A DNA stretch of 64,000 nt from NCBI RefSeq assembly GCF_009914755.1, contig NC_060933.1; one strand, written 5' to 3'. Each line of letters begins with the position of its first letter. Within the stretch, counting starts at the first letter, position 1. Under the pieces are notes generated by a model. It made no database searches and had not been told where the DNA came from. It saw only the letters and a program-made list of their open reading frames with translations. The DNA comes from the human T2T-CHM13v2.0 reference genome, Homo sapiens. Made by a program: the position numbers and the translations under genes. This document shows positions 1 through 35,915 of this stretch, piece by piece.

Positions 1-140
1 GCAACGCTACGCTTCCTCGACGGATTGGAATTCTCAGCCAATCAACGAAAGGAATAGGGCGAGATCGATTAGTGAAAGGAGACCCTTTAATCCCTTAGAG
101 GCGGACTCTCCCACTTGGCTCCAGTTCATTGGCTCCGGAG
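1..140 (-). promoter_or_regulatory. VCP: Upstream/promoter region of VCP (gene lies left of the window)
   Basis: CpG-containing start of window with CCAAT/ATTGG boxes (~23-27, 38-42, 128-132). Assignment to VCP rests on the known gene order VCP-FANCG-PIGO-STOML2-FAM214B; no VCP coding sequence is in the window. Confidence 0.6.
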
Positions 141-1029
141 TTTATCCTCCTGGAAGAACGTGGCACAATAGACTGAACCCTTGTATTAGTCTAGTCCTAT
201 TGTGGTAACCCATACACCCATCTTCTCCCAAAACCTGGAGATCTTCTAAGACGCCATCACCACCCTGACACTTCTTGCTCCTTCTCAACGCTGCCTCCAA
301 CCACCCCTACTCTGAACTTTCTGACTAGCACCCCACTCCTACCCCATTGTCACTGCACCCTCTGGTAACCCCAATCCCACAGCCTTTGCAGTTTCTCAGC
401 GCTTGTGCCTTTCTTCCTCCCGTCATTAATATTAATACCTTATAATAAGGCACTCAAATCCAGAGAAGTCAAAGGGCAACCACAGAACACACAGCCAATT
501 CAGTAGAACCCAAATTAGCAAGAAAACTGCATATGCTGGGACTTGAAAATCCTTGGGCCCCAAATAACAGGGGTCCCTGTTAGTAGTCAACAGGCAGCTG
601 TTGGTGATATGCTGACTCAATTCACCTTTCACCCTGTACCCACACAGACACATTTGACTAAGACGAGTCGAATTTCTAGAATTTGGAATTAGGAAGGGAG
701 TGAAGAGTTACTCTGAGAGAAACCTGCCTGTCTCTAAGTAACAGGTACCTGCCCTTGTCCTGAGAGGCCTATCTAGACCACCCTTCAGACCCAACTCCAC
801 TCATTGTCACTGTCCTGGGCTTTGGGGCTCTGCATTCAGGCAATGTGAAGGACTAAAGCCACTGCCTCCAAAGTGAGGATTCCTGTAGCCCTTTCCTCAT
901 ACCCAGACTTCAAGTTCATAAGGTAGACGATGTCAGGAAAGGGCATCATAGACAACTAGCACTCAACTAGACGGTCACAAGCCTTCCCACGCAAGTATAT
1001 GTAGTAGGCAGACGAGATAAATATGAAAT

Positions 1030-1035
1030 TTTACT
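1030..1035 (-). terminator. FANCG: FANCG poly(A) signal, variant hexamer AGTAAA
   Basis: tttact on + strand about 250 nt past the stop codon; no AATAAA seen between the stop codon and this site. Confidence 0.6.
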
Positions 1036-1286
1036 CGACAACAGAAAAGGAGAAACAGGAAAAAAGGTGCCTCGAGCAAAGTCAATGACTTGGTGGTGGC
1101 AGAGATTGTTTCCTCCAAAACGAGAATGGTAGTAACTAGGGCAAATTTCACAGGCCTACCACCAATCTCACCAGTCCAGGAATTATATAGGAATGGTCAC
1201 ATTCCTAATGATGGTGAAGCAGAAAGCCCTCCCCACAGAGAGACAGCCCACTGGGGACCCAGCTCAAGCTCTTCAAAACGTGGCAG

Positions 1287-7450
<6,164 letters not shown>

Positions 7451-7625
7451 ATCATTTCAAATTAAATGGAGCTAGGAGAATTGAATATCCATATGCAAAA
7501 AAAAAAAAAAAAAAAGACAGGAAAGAAAAGAACGCGACCATACATACGTACATAAAATCAACTCAATGGATCACAAACTAAATATAAGAGCCAAAAATAT
7601 AAAACTTCTAAAAGAAAACGTAAAG

Positions 7626-7923
<298 letters not shown>

Positions 7924-7986
7924 TTAACTTTATTAAAATTAAAAACTCTTGTACTACAAAGACATCATTAAGAAGTCATACGCTGG

Positions 7987-8305
7987 GGCCGGGCGCCGTG
8001 GCTCACGCCTGTGATCCCAGCACTTTGGGAGACCGAGGCGGGCGGATCACGAGGTCAGGAGATCGAGACCATCATGGCTAACACGGTGAAACCCCGTCTC
8101 TACTAAAAATACAAAAAATTAGCCGGGCGATGTGGCGGGCGCCTGTAGTCCCAGCTACTCGGGAGGCTGAGGCAGGAGAAAGGCGTGAACCCCGCGGGCC
8201 AGAGCCTGCAGTGAGCCGAGATCGCCCCACTGCACTCCAGCCTGCGCAACAGCGAGACTCCATCTCAAAAAAAAAAGAAAAGAAAAGAAAAGAAAAGAAG
8301 AAAAA
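7987..8305 (+). mobile_element. AluY-family element with (AAAAG)n tail
   Basis: CpG-rich; 'gaggtcaggagatcgagaccatc', 'gagcctgcagtgagccgag'. Confidence 0.9.
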
Positions 8306-8310
8306 TCATA

Positions 8311-9770
<1,460 letters not shown>

Positions 9771-9931
9771 AACACTATACACATACATACATAAAATGAC
9801 TACAATAAAAACAGATTATACCAAGTGTTGGTGAGGATGTGTATGAGGAACCCTCATACACTGCTGGTGGGAATATAAAATAGTACACTCACTTCAGAAA
9901 AGTTTGGCAGTTTCTTAAAAAGTTAATCATA

Positions 9932-12305
<2,374 letters not shown>

Positions 12306-13507
12306 ATAATCCAATTAAAAATAGTCAAAGAATCTGAAGGGACATTTCTCCAGTAAGCACAAGAAAAGATGCTCAGCTCAGCATCATTAATCATTAAGGA
12401 AATGCACACCAAAACCACAATGAGATATTACTTCACACCCACTAGGATGGTTAGAATCAAAGACAGATGACAACAAGTGTTGACATGGATGTGGAGAAAT
12501 CGTTACCCATATATACTTCTGGTAAGACTGTAAAACGATACAGCAACTTTGGAAAACAAACTGGCAGTTCCTTAAAAGATTAAACAGAGTTACCTTATGA
12601 CCCAGCAGTTGCTCAGTGTACAGCTAGGTATACACTCAAGAGAAATTAAAACATATGTCCAAACAAAAACTTATACACAAATGTTTATAGCAGCATTACA
12701 TAATAACCAAAATGTGTAAATCCAAATGGCTATCAATGGATGAATGGATAAACAAAATGTGGTATATCCATGCAATAGAGTATTATTTGGCCATAAAGAG
12801 GAATGAAGTACCAATACATGCTACAACATAGATGAACTCTGAAAACATTAGGCTGAGTAAAGGAAGATAAGACAGAAAAAGGCACTACTGTATGAGCCCA
12901 TTTATATGAAATGTCCAGAACAGGCAAATCTATAGAGACAGAAAACAAATTAGTGGTACCAGGAGTTAAGGGGGAGAAGAGAAGGAATGACTGCTTAAGG
13001 GTACAGGGTTTCTTTTTGGGGTAATGAAAACATTCTGGAATTGATAATGATGATAATTGTACAACGTTGTGAATGTACTAACGGCCACTAAATTATACAC
13101 TTTAAAATGGTGAATTTTATATGAATTTTACTTCAATTTTAAAAAAGAAAAAGAATGAAGTACTGCTGTGTGCTGCTATATAGATGAAACCGGAAAACAT
13201 TATACTAAGTGGAAGATGCCAGTCACAAAAGACCACATATTATTATGATCCCATTTCTGTGAAATATCCAAAATGGGCAAATATATAGAGAAACAGCAGA
13301 TTAGTGCTAGCCAGGGGTTGGGGAGGATTGGAGGGTGATATCTAAACAGTAGATTTTCTTTTGGGGTTGGTGAAAATGTTCTAAAATTGATTCTGGTGAT
13401 GGTTGTACAATTCTGTAAATACACAAAAACCATTAAATCTTACACCTTACATGGGTAAATTTTATGGTAAATTGCATTTCAATAAAGCTTTTTTAAAAAA
13501 GAATCAG

Positions 13508-15010
<1,503 letters not shown>

Positions 15011-15880
15011 AAAATGATAGTAACAATAAAAATAATTTCAATTCTTCCCTTAGCTACCTACCACAGCAGTGAACGTTTATACTTCACAACCACTACTACT
15101 CAGCTTCTCTACTTTATGCCAGCTAAAAGTAGGTGCTATCCCATGGTTTTAACATCTGTTCTGTTTTTCAGTGGTATCAGCTCCTCTTGTTCTAGGTACT
15201 GTCAAACCTCAAATCCCAGTCCTGATGCTTCTCTCCAGGGCCTCTTCCCAACTCTTTTGATGGACATCTCTAGGAGGATTTCATGCCAGCATTTCAAACA
15301 TGACAGGAGTGCTGGGGTGAACAGAGGGCACAAAACATACACATGAGAAAAGAACCAGTGGATTCACACAATTTTGGCTTCAAGTCAGGAATAATGAATG
15401 GGACAAGGTGGAATGCTACATAAGATGGGCATGTAGATCTGATAAAGAGTGGCACAGGTTGGGAAACAAGGGAGGCTTCCACAGAAGGGAAGGGCAAAGG
15501 GTGTTCTATAGTGAAAAGGCCCAGTGGAGCGGGGGCATAGCACTATTTGGGGCTTCAGACAGTTAAAGTCGGTGCTGCATGATGCCTGGGCTTGTCTTCT
15601 CAGTCTTCTCTCTTTATCAGACAAAGAACAGGAACTTAACAAAATGTGTTGCATGGCAAAGGAAAATAGCGGTGGGATAATAGGATTGATTTGGGAAGAG
15701 GTGGAGGCAGTGAATTCAGACAACTCCAACCACTTCATAAAGGTTCTCAGGTGCAGCCAGGCTTTCCTAAGATGACTGATCTCATCTGTGCCTGGTGGCA
15801 GGAGAGACTGATCCTCCTCACAACCCCTATAGAACAGTGGGGCTCCCCCACATCTCAGACACACATAATTATATTATCAT

Positions 15881-15886
15881 TTTATT
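15881..15886 (-). terminator. PIGO: PIGO poly(A) signal AATAAA (distal copy; second copy at 16026-16031)
   Basis: tttatt on + strand about 390 nt past the stop codon, with GT-rich sequence downstream on minus. Confidence 0.7.
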
Positions 15887-15889
15887 ACA

Positions 15890-16107
<218 letters not shown>

Positions 16108-16269
16108 TGAATTATAGAATAATGAAGTCCTAGATGTCAGCGGCCCCTGGCTGCATGATAGTAAGAGTATGGCTGAGCCTGTCTTGCAGATCATCCAGTA
16201 CCTGTACAGGCCAGGCTACACTGTTCTCCAGCACTCTCTGTAGCCAAGTGCCAGTAATCACAGACTAGG

Positions 16270-22767
<6,498 letters not shown>

Positions 22768-22773
22768 TCATTA

Positions 22774-23180
<407 letters not shown>

Positions 23181-23239
23181 CATGAGGTCCCACCCCAGAT
23201 CTACTGAATCAGGATCTTCGAGGGGTAGAGCATAGGAAC

Positions 23240-23287
23240 GTTCACATGTACAGGCAGGAAATGCTAATGCTGCCTGTACATGTGAAC
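23240..23287. repeat. Perfect 18-bp inverted repeat with 12-nt loop
   Basis: gttcacatgtacaggcag (23240-23257) / ctgcctgtacatgtgaac (23270-23287). Confidence 0.95.
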
Positions 23288-23329
23288 AGTCAGGAGGGAA
23301 ACTTATTCCAATTGGTAGTCAGGCTCTCT

Positions 23330-23880
23330 TACACGCCGTTTCTGCGCCTCTCCCCTCGCCAATCTCAATACCCAGTGGAAAGGGATCGAAGCCGCAGGGG
23401 AATCCGGGCCCAGCCGACGGCGCCGCCTGGCGGGCACCGAGGGGACGAAGGGGAGGAGTCACTCTCCGCTTCCGGGCGGCCAGGTTCGCCAGGAGACCTG
23501 AGGCACGACCTTCGCCACGCAAGGAGGCTGGGGCCCGGGTCGAGAGTCGACTGGGCCTCCGCTGGGACCCAGGCGTGCGACCGGCTCTGCCTCCTCCGGT
23601 AACTACCCAGCCTCCCGCTGGGCACCCTAGCCGCGGTACTGAGCACCTTGGTTAGGAGCTGAGGGGAAGAGGGAGACTCCCTTACTTCAGGGTGAGGGGA
23701 ATACCGGGGGGTGAGGTTCTCGGGAGACCCTGGCTCACCTGCAATGGCACCCGGAAGTGCGGCGGCGGCGGCGCCTGCGACCTGGCAGCACAGAGATGCG
23801 TGCGCCAGACAGAGTGGCCCGTCGGTGGCTCCATCGCCATCTGCCGGCACCTCGGTGGAAGTTTGGCCAGGAGCGTGGGG
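23330..23880 (-). promoter_or_regulatory. PIGO: PIGO CpG island promoter and non-coding first exon(s)
   Basis: CpG-dense; ETS/GABPA site CCGGAAGTG at 23751-23759; candidate donors after 23739 (CAG|GTGAGC) and 23333 (CGT|GTAAGA); acceptor at 22744, one base before the ATG. Confidence 0.8.
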
Positions 23881-24174
23881 CTGGCCCCAGTTTGATGGGA
23901 TATTTAGTAATTGAAAATTGGGGACAGGGGACCAAGCTGGAGGAAGAGTTCAGGGAACCACTGTCCATTCATGGTTACGACTAAGAGCACGGCTGCTGGA
24001 GTCAAACTTGACTTGAATCCTAGCTTGGCCGCACATATTGTCATCATTAGGCATTACCTCATCTGTAAAATGGAGATAATACTTATTTTCCCTTTTTTGC
24101 TTAGCTGAGTCCAACTGAGATTTCATTACTCCTCCTTTCAAAGCCTGTAACTAAATCTTACGACTGAATAATTA

Positions 24175-26614
<2,440 letters not shown>

Positions 26615-27090
26615 TGACCTTGTATTCTGTGAAAGCAGGGACCACTGGGTTTCAGGTATTTTTGTAATCCAGTGTCTAGTAATGAGCTTGGCACTTGGTA
26701 GACATTCAATGTTTTTGAATAAATGAATGAGGAGCACCCTCAGTCCCTGAAAACCCTTTAAGTATGCCAGTGCAGGGTAGTAGTTTCTCATGAAAGTACT
26801 TCTTTCCCACGAAAAAACCCCCAAACACCTGCCTCAAACACACAGCCCCACACTTAGCAGGAAGGGGACTTCACTTCCCAGCCAGCAGTTCAGTGAACAT
26901 ATGGTTTAACACTTCCACCCTATCCCACAGTTTCTCTTGAAGACAAAAATGATAGTTTCACTTTACAAGAAGTTCACTCTTATTCATGGAGGCATCATGC
27001 TGACAGGACTGGATCCAAGGAAAATGCTAGTGACTTTCCCAACTTCATTCCCCAATCAAAGAGGACAGTTTCTGGTTTGCCACTGGTGAG

Positions 27091-27096
27091 TTTATT
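27091..27096 (-). terminator. STOML2: STOML2 poly(A) signal AATAAA
   Basis: tttatt about 120 nt past the stop codon. Confidence 0.75.
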
Positions 27097-27212
27097 ACAC
27101 GACTAAAGTTCAAATAAAAAAATAAAAACCAAAATCTTGGCAGGGAAGCTAGAGCCAGAATCAGGAAAATCTGCTTCCTTGTCCCCAGACTCCCTGGCCA
27201 AGCCCAGCTCCA

Positions 27213-30200
27213 CTAACTCATCTTGACTCGATCAAGTTCCTCATCAAGACTTGCATCTGTACCCTGGACATCTCTGCTGCTCCCACTGGAGAGTGAGTCT
27301 GGAGTCCCTGGCACTGGGGCTTTGGTGAGGGCTCCATATACACCCATGGCCTGAGGAGAGGAACAGAGAGAATACCATGAGGACACTTGACAGAGGTGCA
27401 GCCCAGCCTACCAATGGCTAAACGGGAAAAGATGGCATGGGGGCCAGTAAGTTGGTTTTCCTTTCTCCCTCTCTCAAACCTGTCTTGTAAGCTCTGGAGT
27501 TGATTTTAGGAATCTTGCAAACCATCAGAGTAAAGTGACTCTCAGAATACCAGCACAAGTATCTACCAAAAAAAGGTATCTCAAGAACTTCCATATTTGC
27601 AGGACTGAGTGGAGATGTTTCATTCTTAGATTCCATCTCTACAAAGAATGAAGGGAGGTCTAGGGCCAAGGCACTCTGAAGACCTTTATGGTATGTAAGT
27701 GTTGATGACGGTGGTGGGGTCTCAGTTTGGTCCCTGGCACCAGTGCTCTATGCTGGGTCCTCAGAGAGCTCTAACCTGAGCCACCATGCTGGTGACATCG
27801 CCAGGGTTGGAGGGCAGTAGGATAGTGTTGGAGTCCTTGGCCAGTTTGGAGAACGCGCTGACATACTGCTCGGCCACAGTCAGTGAAGCTGCTGCATCTC
27901 CATTCTGTGATCACAGGGGGATAAAAATCAGAGATCACCGATACGGAGAAGAAGGGGGGGATGGGGAATGAAGAAAGCAGTTCACAATAAAAAGGACCAT
28001 GTAATCTGGCTCAACAGAGCCCACAGAGGCGGAACTCTCCTCAAGCGTAGATAAGAGAACCCCTTCCACTGTCAATTCCTGTCCCCATTCCCACCCAGGG
28101 GCCTCTCACATGTTGTGTCAGAGCTGCAGCCAGGATTCGAATAGCTTCAGCTTTAGCCTTGGCCTTCGCCAGAACTGCACTGGCCTCTCCTGCAAGAGAA
28201 GGGACAGAGCTTGCTTGACCCATGAAGTCAAAGTACCCCAAAGATCCTGCCCCAGCACCAATCTTCAAAGGCCCATGCCTTGCTCCTCCCTCAGCCTCTA
28301 CCCTCTCCTGACCTGCTGCCTGATTTATCTGTTCAGCCTTTTCTGCTTCGGAGGCCAGGATCTGGGCCTGTTTCTTCCCTTCTGCCACATTGATGGCCGA
28401 CTCTCGGGTCCCCTCAGACTCTAGAACTGTGGCCCGTTTCCGCCGCTCTGCCTCCACCTGGAAGCCCACAACAATCCCAATCAACAAGCCAAGGGAGACT
28501 GATACAGACATGCAACTCTACCCATCATAACAGGAGGGAAGTCTGGATCCTCCTGGTACTGGAGCACCCTGAGGCCCTTTTCCCACCCCTCCTTGGCCCC
28601 CACCTGCATCTGCATAGACTCTTTCACCCGGGGTGGCACATGGATATCCTTGATCTCATAACGGAGGCAGCGGATACCCCAGCAGTCAGCAGCTTGGTTG
28701 ATGGCATCCACAATGCTGGCATTCAGGGACTCCCGTTCCTGGAAAAAGAGGTGTAAGCCCCACAGCCTCAACCTACCTATCAAGGGCCTACACTGAGAAG
28801 GGCCTGGGACTGATCTTGACCTTCAGAAAAGATTAAGAGTGTCAGGTTTGTGTCTTCAAACCCTAACTCTGGCTCAGATCTGCTTACCCGGAAGACTTTG
28901 TCCAGAGAGAGTTTGCCGAGCTCTGATCTCATGGTTGTTTGAGCTAGCTGGGTGACGGCATACTCAGGGTCCTCCACACCGTAGCTTGCCTGAGATGGAC
29001 ACGGATAGTGTAAGAAGCTTGGGCACAAGATTTTAGTGAAGAGGGCAACTCAAAAGGCTGGATAAAGTAGGGGACAGGTACCTTGTAAGGGTCCATGATG
29101 CGCAGGTAAAGGACTCCATCGATTTGCAGAGTTACATTGTCTGTAGAACCAGGAGAGAAAACGGGGAAAGTCAGGCCTCTAGGTCCCAACCAGTTCTTTC
29201 TACTAAGCTCTGGATCTACAGCAACCACATCCTAATAGCCTCAGAGCACCCATGTCACCCTGAACCCCTCACCGAGAGTCACAGCCGACTGCTCAGGCAC
29301 GTTGATGACAATTTCCTTGAGACTCTGCACATATCGGATCCGGTCTAACACAGGGATGAGGATGTTCAAACCCTGGAAAGAGGAGTCATGGGTCCTCAGA
29401 AGGCTGGGAACTATTGGGTTGGGACCTAAGCTAGTCCTGGAGTATGTAGGGAGTCAACACATGGAACATGCCCAGAAAAGCAGCAGCTCCTACCAAGAAA
29501 TAAGTCCTCAGAAGGCTGAGGTGTCACTGGTAAGAAAACCCAAGAGAACAGGAATGCAAGACTAGGCCCCTGAATGGAGGGGAGAGTCATGAGAATCGGA
29601 GCCAGCAGAATAGCCATCTCTATGCAGACTGAGAGGTAGGGCTGAGAGTGGGCAGGGGAGATTCCCAAGAATGGGGCCTGTGAGATGCATAGGAAAAGGT
29701 GGTAACATGGGGATGATGGTCAGCAGCCTGGGCCCTGTCAGGTCTGGCCTACAGAGTCGGGAGCTAACAGTGCGGGCAGGCCCAAAGGAAGTCCTCCCGA
29801 CATTGCATGTCGTGAGGGATTGGTCATCTGGCTGGCCCAGGGTGGGCAGAAGAGGTTTCTCACAGGCTCCAGGATCCGGTGGAATCGGCCCATTCGCTCC
29901 ACCACCCAGGCCTCCTGCTGCGGCACGAACAGTACCACGGTGTTTCGGGGCAATCCAGAGGAGGCGCGGCGCGGAGCGCGGCCAGAAGCCAGTAGAGAGC
30001 CCTGAAGGAAAGAAGAGGGTGAGCAGAGATCCCATCTGGCCAGACACGCCGCCCCTCGGTCCTGAAGGCATCTCCATAAACCACGACCCTCAGGATCCTC
30101 GGAGAATCACATGGGGACCATGACCTCTGACCCCAGTCCTCTCCAAAAGTTGGAATTTCGCTCTTTTCCAGCGGAGAACCCAGGTAATCTCTGTCCTGAC

Positions 30201-30272
30201 CCTCTGGAAAGGTTGCCTCGCTCTCACCCTCAGCAAAAGGGCCCCAGTGCCCCGCGCCGCGCGCGCCAGCAT
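27213..30272 (-). CDS. STOML2: Stomatin-like protein 2, mitochondrial (SPFH/band-7 domain), 356 aa
   Basis: Exons 30228-30272, 29864-30001, 29273-29372, 29082-29140, 28888-28989, 28604-28738, 28313-28457, 28110-28189, 27776-27904, 27213-27350; sum 1071 nt. Arg-rich presequence MLARAARGTGALLLR; SPFH motifs VPQQEAWVVERMGRF, AQTTMRSELG, WGIRCLRYEIKD. Confidence 0.98.
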
Positions 30273-30810
30273 TTCCCACCGCCGCAGCGACCTCCGGAAC
30301 CAACGAGACGAGCGGAGCGGTCGCTCCCAGAAGCCTACCCGAGCCTTTCCTCTTGCAGTTCCGCTCCCCCGGATGTACTTCCGGCAGCTCCCTCCCCCGC
30401 TTCAACACTCACCCAATCAGCGTTACTTGGTCGAACGGCGCGTCAAGTTGTTCCCTGGGAAACGCAGACCTTCTAGAGAAGGGCGAAGGCTGTGGTTGTT
30501 CTGGGTTTAGCTGTTCACGCCGAAGATCCCCGGCCTGATGGCCAAAATGGAGGCTATTTTTCGCGGGCATTATCACTCAGACACCACGCACTGAATTATT
30601 CGTCCTCACCCGAGACTCAGTTTGCCCACCAGAGCGTAGTATCGCCCCCATCTGTCACCATAGCGACTAGTGGATTGGAGCTGACTCGTTGCCATGGTTG
30701 CCATAGTGATATTCTCTGGTAGTCCCGCTGTGTTGTGCCCAGGACTCCCACTGGGGACTGACCCCAATCCCGTTGCCATGGAAACTGGGCCTAATATTGC
30801 CTGGCGATTG
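30273..30810 (-). promoter_or_regulatory. STOML2: STOML2 CpG-island promoter with ETS, YY1-like and RFX X-box motifs
   Basis: ACTTCCGG ~30377, CCAAT ~30413, AAAATGG ~30544, X-boxes at 30654-30785. Confidence 0.75.
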
Positions 30811-31318
30811 GGCCGAGATTTTCCCCTCCCCTCTTTCCTCAAAGACACTGCAGCTCCTTCCCTGTCTTCCCAAGCAAGGTTTGTTATGCCCGGTCTTAAA
30901 TACAGTCCAGCAAACAGCCTCAACGTTCAACCTTGTCTGGAGCATGTCACCTTGCCCACATCCCTAATGCTCTGGTAGTCAAGAGACCTCCGTAGTCACC
31001 TCCATTTTACATATGAGGGCACTGAAGTTCTGAGGGGCTAAAGTCATTAATAGAACCAGTATTAGAATCCTGATCTACAATTCAGAGTTCAGCTTCTACG
31101 GCTGAACTTTACCCACCAACCCCTCCGAAAGGAGAAAAACCAGGCCCCAGGAATCAGCAGGGACTAGCCTAAGACCTCATGGGCCCAGGCCTGTTGCCTC
31201 TCTGGTAGAAAGGGCTGAGTCCCAGCTCCAGGAAGGCCCTCCATCCCCCTTCACACCCTCTCCCCAACAACAACAACAACAACAAAAGTAGAGCTTAGTT
31301 CAAGTTTCCAAACAAGAA

Positions 31319-31324
31319 TTTATT
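31319..31324 (-). terminator. ATOSB: ATOSB poly(A) signal AATAAA
   Basis: tttatt about 1.08 kb past the stop codon, with (GTT)n/T-rich downstream sequence on minus (31265-31288). Confidence 0.75.
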
Positions 31325-32398
31325 CTTTCTTTTTTAATCTTTTTTTCTAAAAAAAAGTACCAGGTACAATTTTTTCCTGTTTTTGATTTGCTTTGTTTTT
31401 TCAAGTTTCAGCAAATGCTTGTTCCCCTCAGCCCAGCCCCAGGAGTTAGGACTGAGGCTGGGTCAGAGTCTGGAGTGGGGAATGGGGTAGTTTGGAACCA
31501 CATGACTGAGTTTGAGGGGTGCCCCTCACCCCAGCTGAGGTAGGTGGGTCAGAGTCTGGCCAGGTGAGAGGAGGCACCCCAGTGCTTGGCCCTGACTCTG
31601 CCCCCTGGACACCTTCTTCAGTCAGGACCCCAAAACAAGGAGACACAGGTAGGAGGAGAGGGACAACTGGAGTCTGGAGCCCTAGGTGAGGGGTGGTTAA
31701 CCCCTGTGTGTGTGCATACATGCACACTCACACACACATACCACACAAAGACAAGCTTGTGCACACACACATACGCATAACTTGGCTTTCAGAGATAGGT
31801 CAGAGGGTAGGGGAAGTGAAGGGACTGGGGAAGGACAGGGGAAGCTGAGTCTTTGGCTACTGACTCAGTCCCTCTGGAATAGCCCCTCTTCCCTCAGCTG
31901 AGGGAAAGCAGTTCTCCTCCTGCCCCCACCGCATAAGCCTCTTCAACTCCTGAGGTTGGAGCAATATCTGAGAGTGGGAAGCGGGGAGGAGTGATGCCAA
32001 TTATCAGGTGTGGGAGGTTACCAAGGCAATCCAATTTGAATAAATTATAAATTAAAAATAAATAAAATAACAAGTGGCCCCTGCCCAGGACAGGGAGGCA
32101 ACGCTGGCATAACTTGCCTGGGAACTTGAGAAAATCTCAGGGTAGCTCCAGTTCCTCCCTACTACCTAAGCTGGCCTGGGAAACCCAAGGGAGGGGACAG
32201 GCACATGGAGTACCCGAAGTAGGGCAGGGTGTAGTAAGAATCAGAAGCTTTAAACACCCAAATAATCCATTTGGGCGTGAGCATGGTGAGGGCTTTAATT
32301 CAAGCCTGAAGGGTCTCTTGCTGTCTCTCCATATATGTTCTCTAAGATGGAGCAGGATGGGCAGGTCATTAGCCCGCATGGGTTCAGAGTGCTGGCAA

Positions 32399-35452
<3,054 letters not shown>

Positions 35453-35771
35453 GAAGCCCCCCTTGGGTCAGGGGGGCCCCCCAACACGGCCTTTATGCTG
35501 GGCCTGGGCTGGGGGGCCTGGGGACATCTGTGTAAGAGAAGAGAAGAAAAGGTGGTCAGGGGAATCAATGAGTCTTCTTCCTTCCAGCTGAGTTTCAGAC
35601 CCTCTCCTTGCCTAAAGGGGTGACTTTGATGGGTTCCCAAGGATGAATGTGTACAAATCCCTGGATGGACTAATGGAATATAGAGACCACTCTCAGAACT
35701 CCTGAGAGGGTGACAGGTTTAGCTCAGGCTTCTTACTGGACACACTTCCCCCCCTTCTCCCTGGTACTTAC

Positions 35772-35915
35772 CCCGATGAAGAGGCCTCAAGCCTAGCTGT
35801 GCGTCCCCTCTTCCCAACTGATGCCTCGTGCCCCTAGCTTGCAGTCTGATCCATGCCTGCTGCACTGGCAAGGTGACTGCCACCATTCCGTGCAGCTCCT
35901 GAGCTCAGCAGGACC
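35772..35915 (-). other. ATOSB: Probable ATOSB 5' UTR exon (144 nt)
   Basis: Acceptor TTCTTCTCTCCTCAG| at 35915; donor GGG|GTAAGT at 35772; next acceptor at 35527. Confidence 0.7.
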
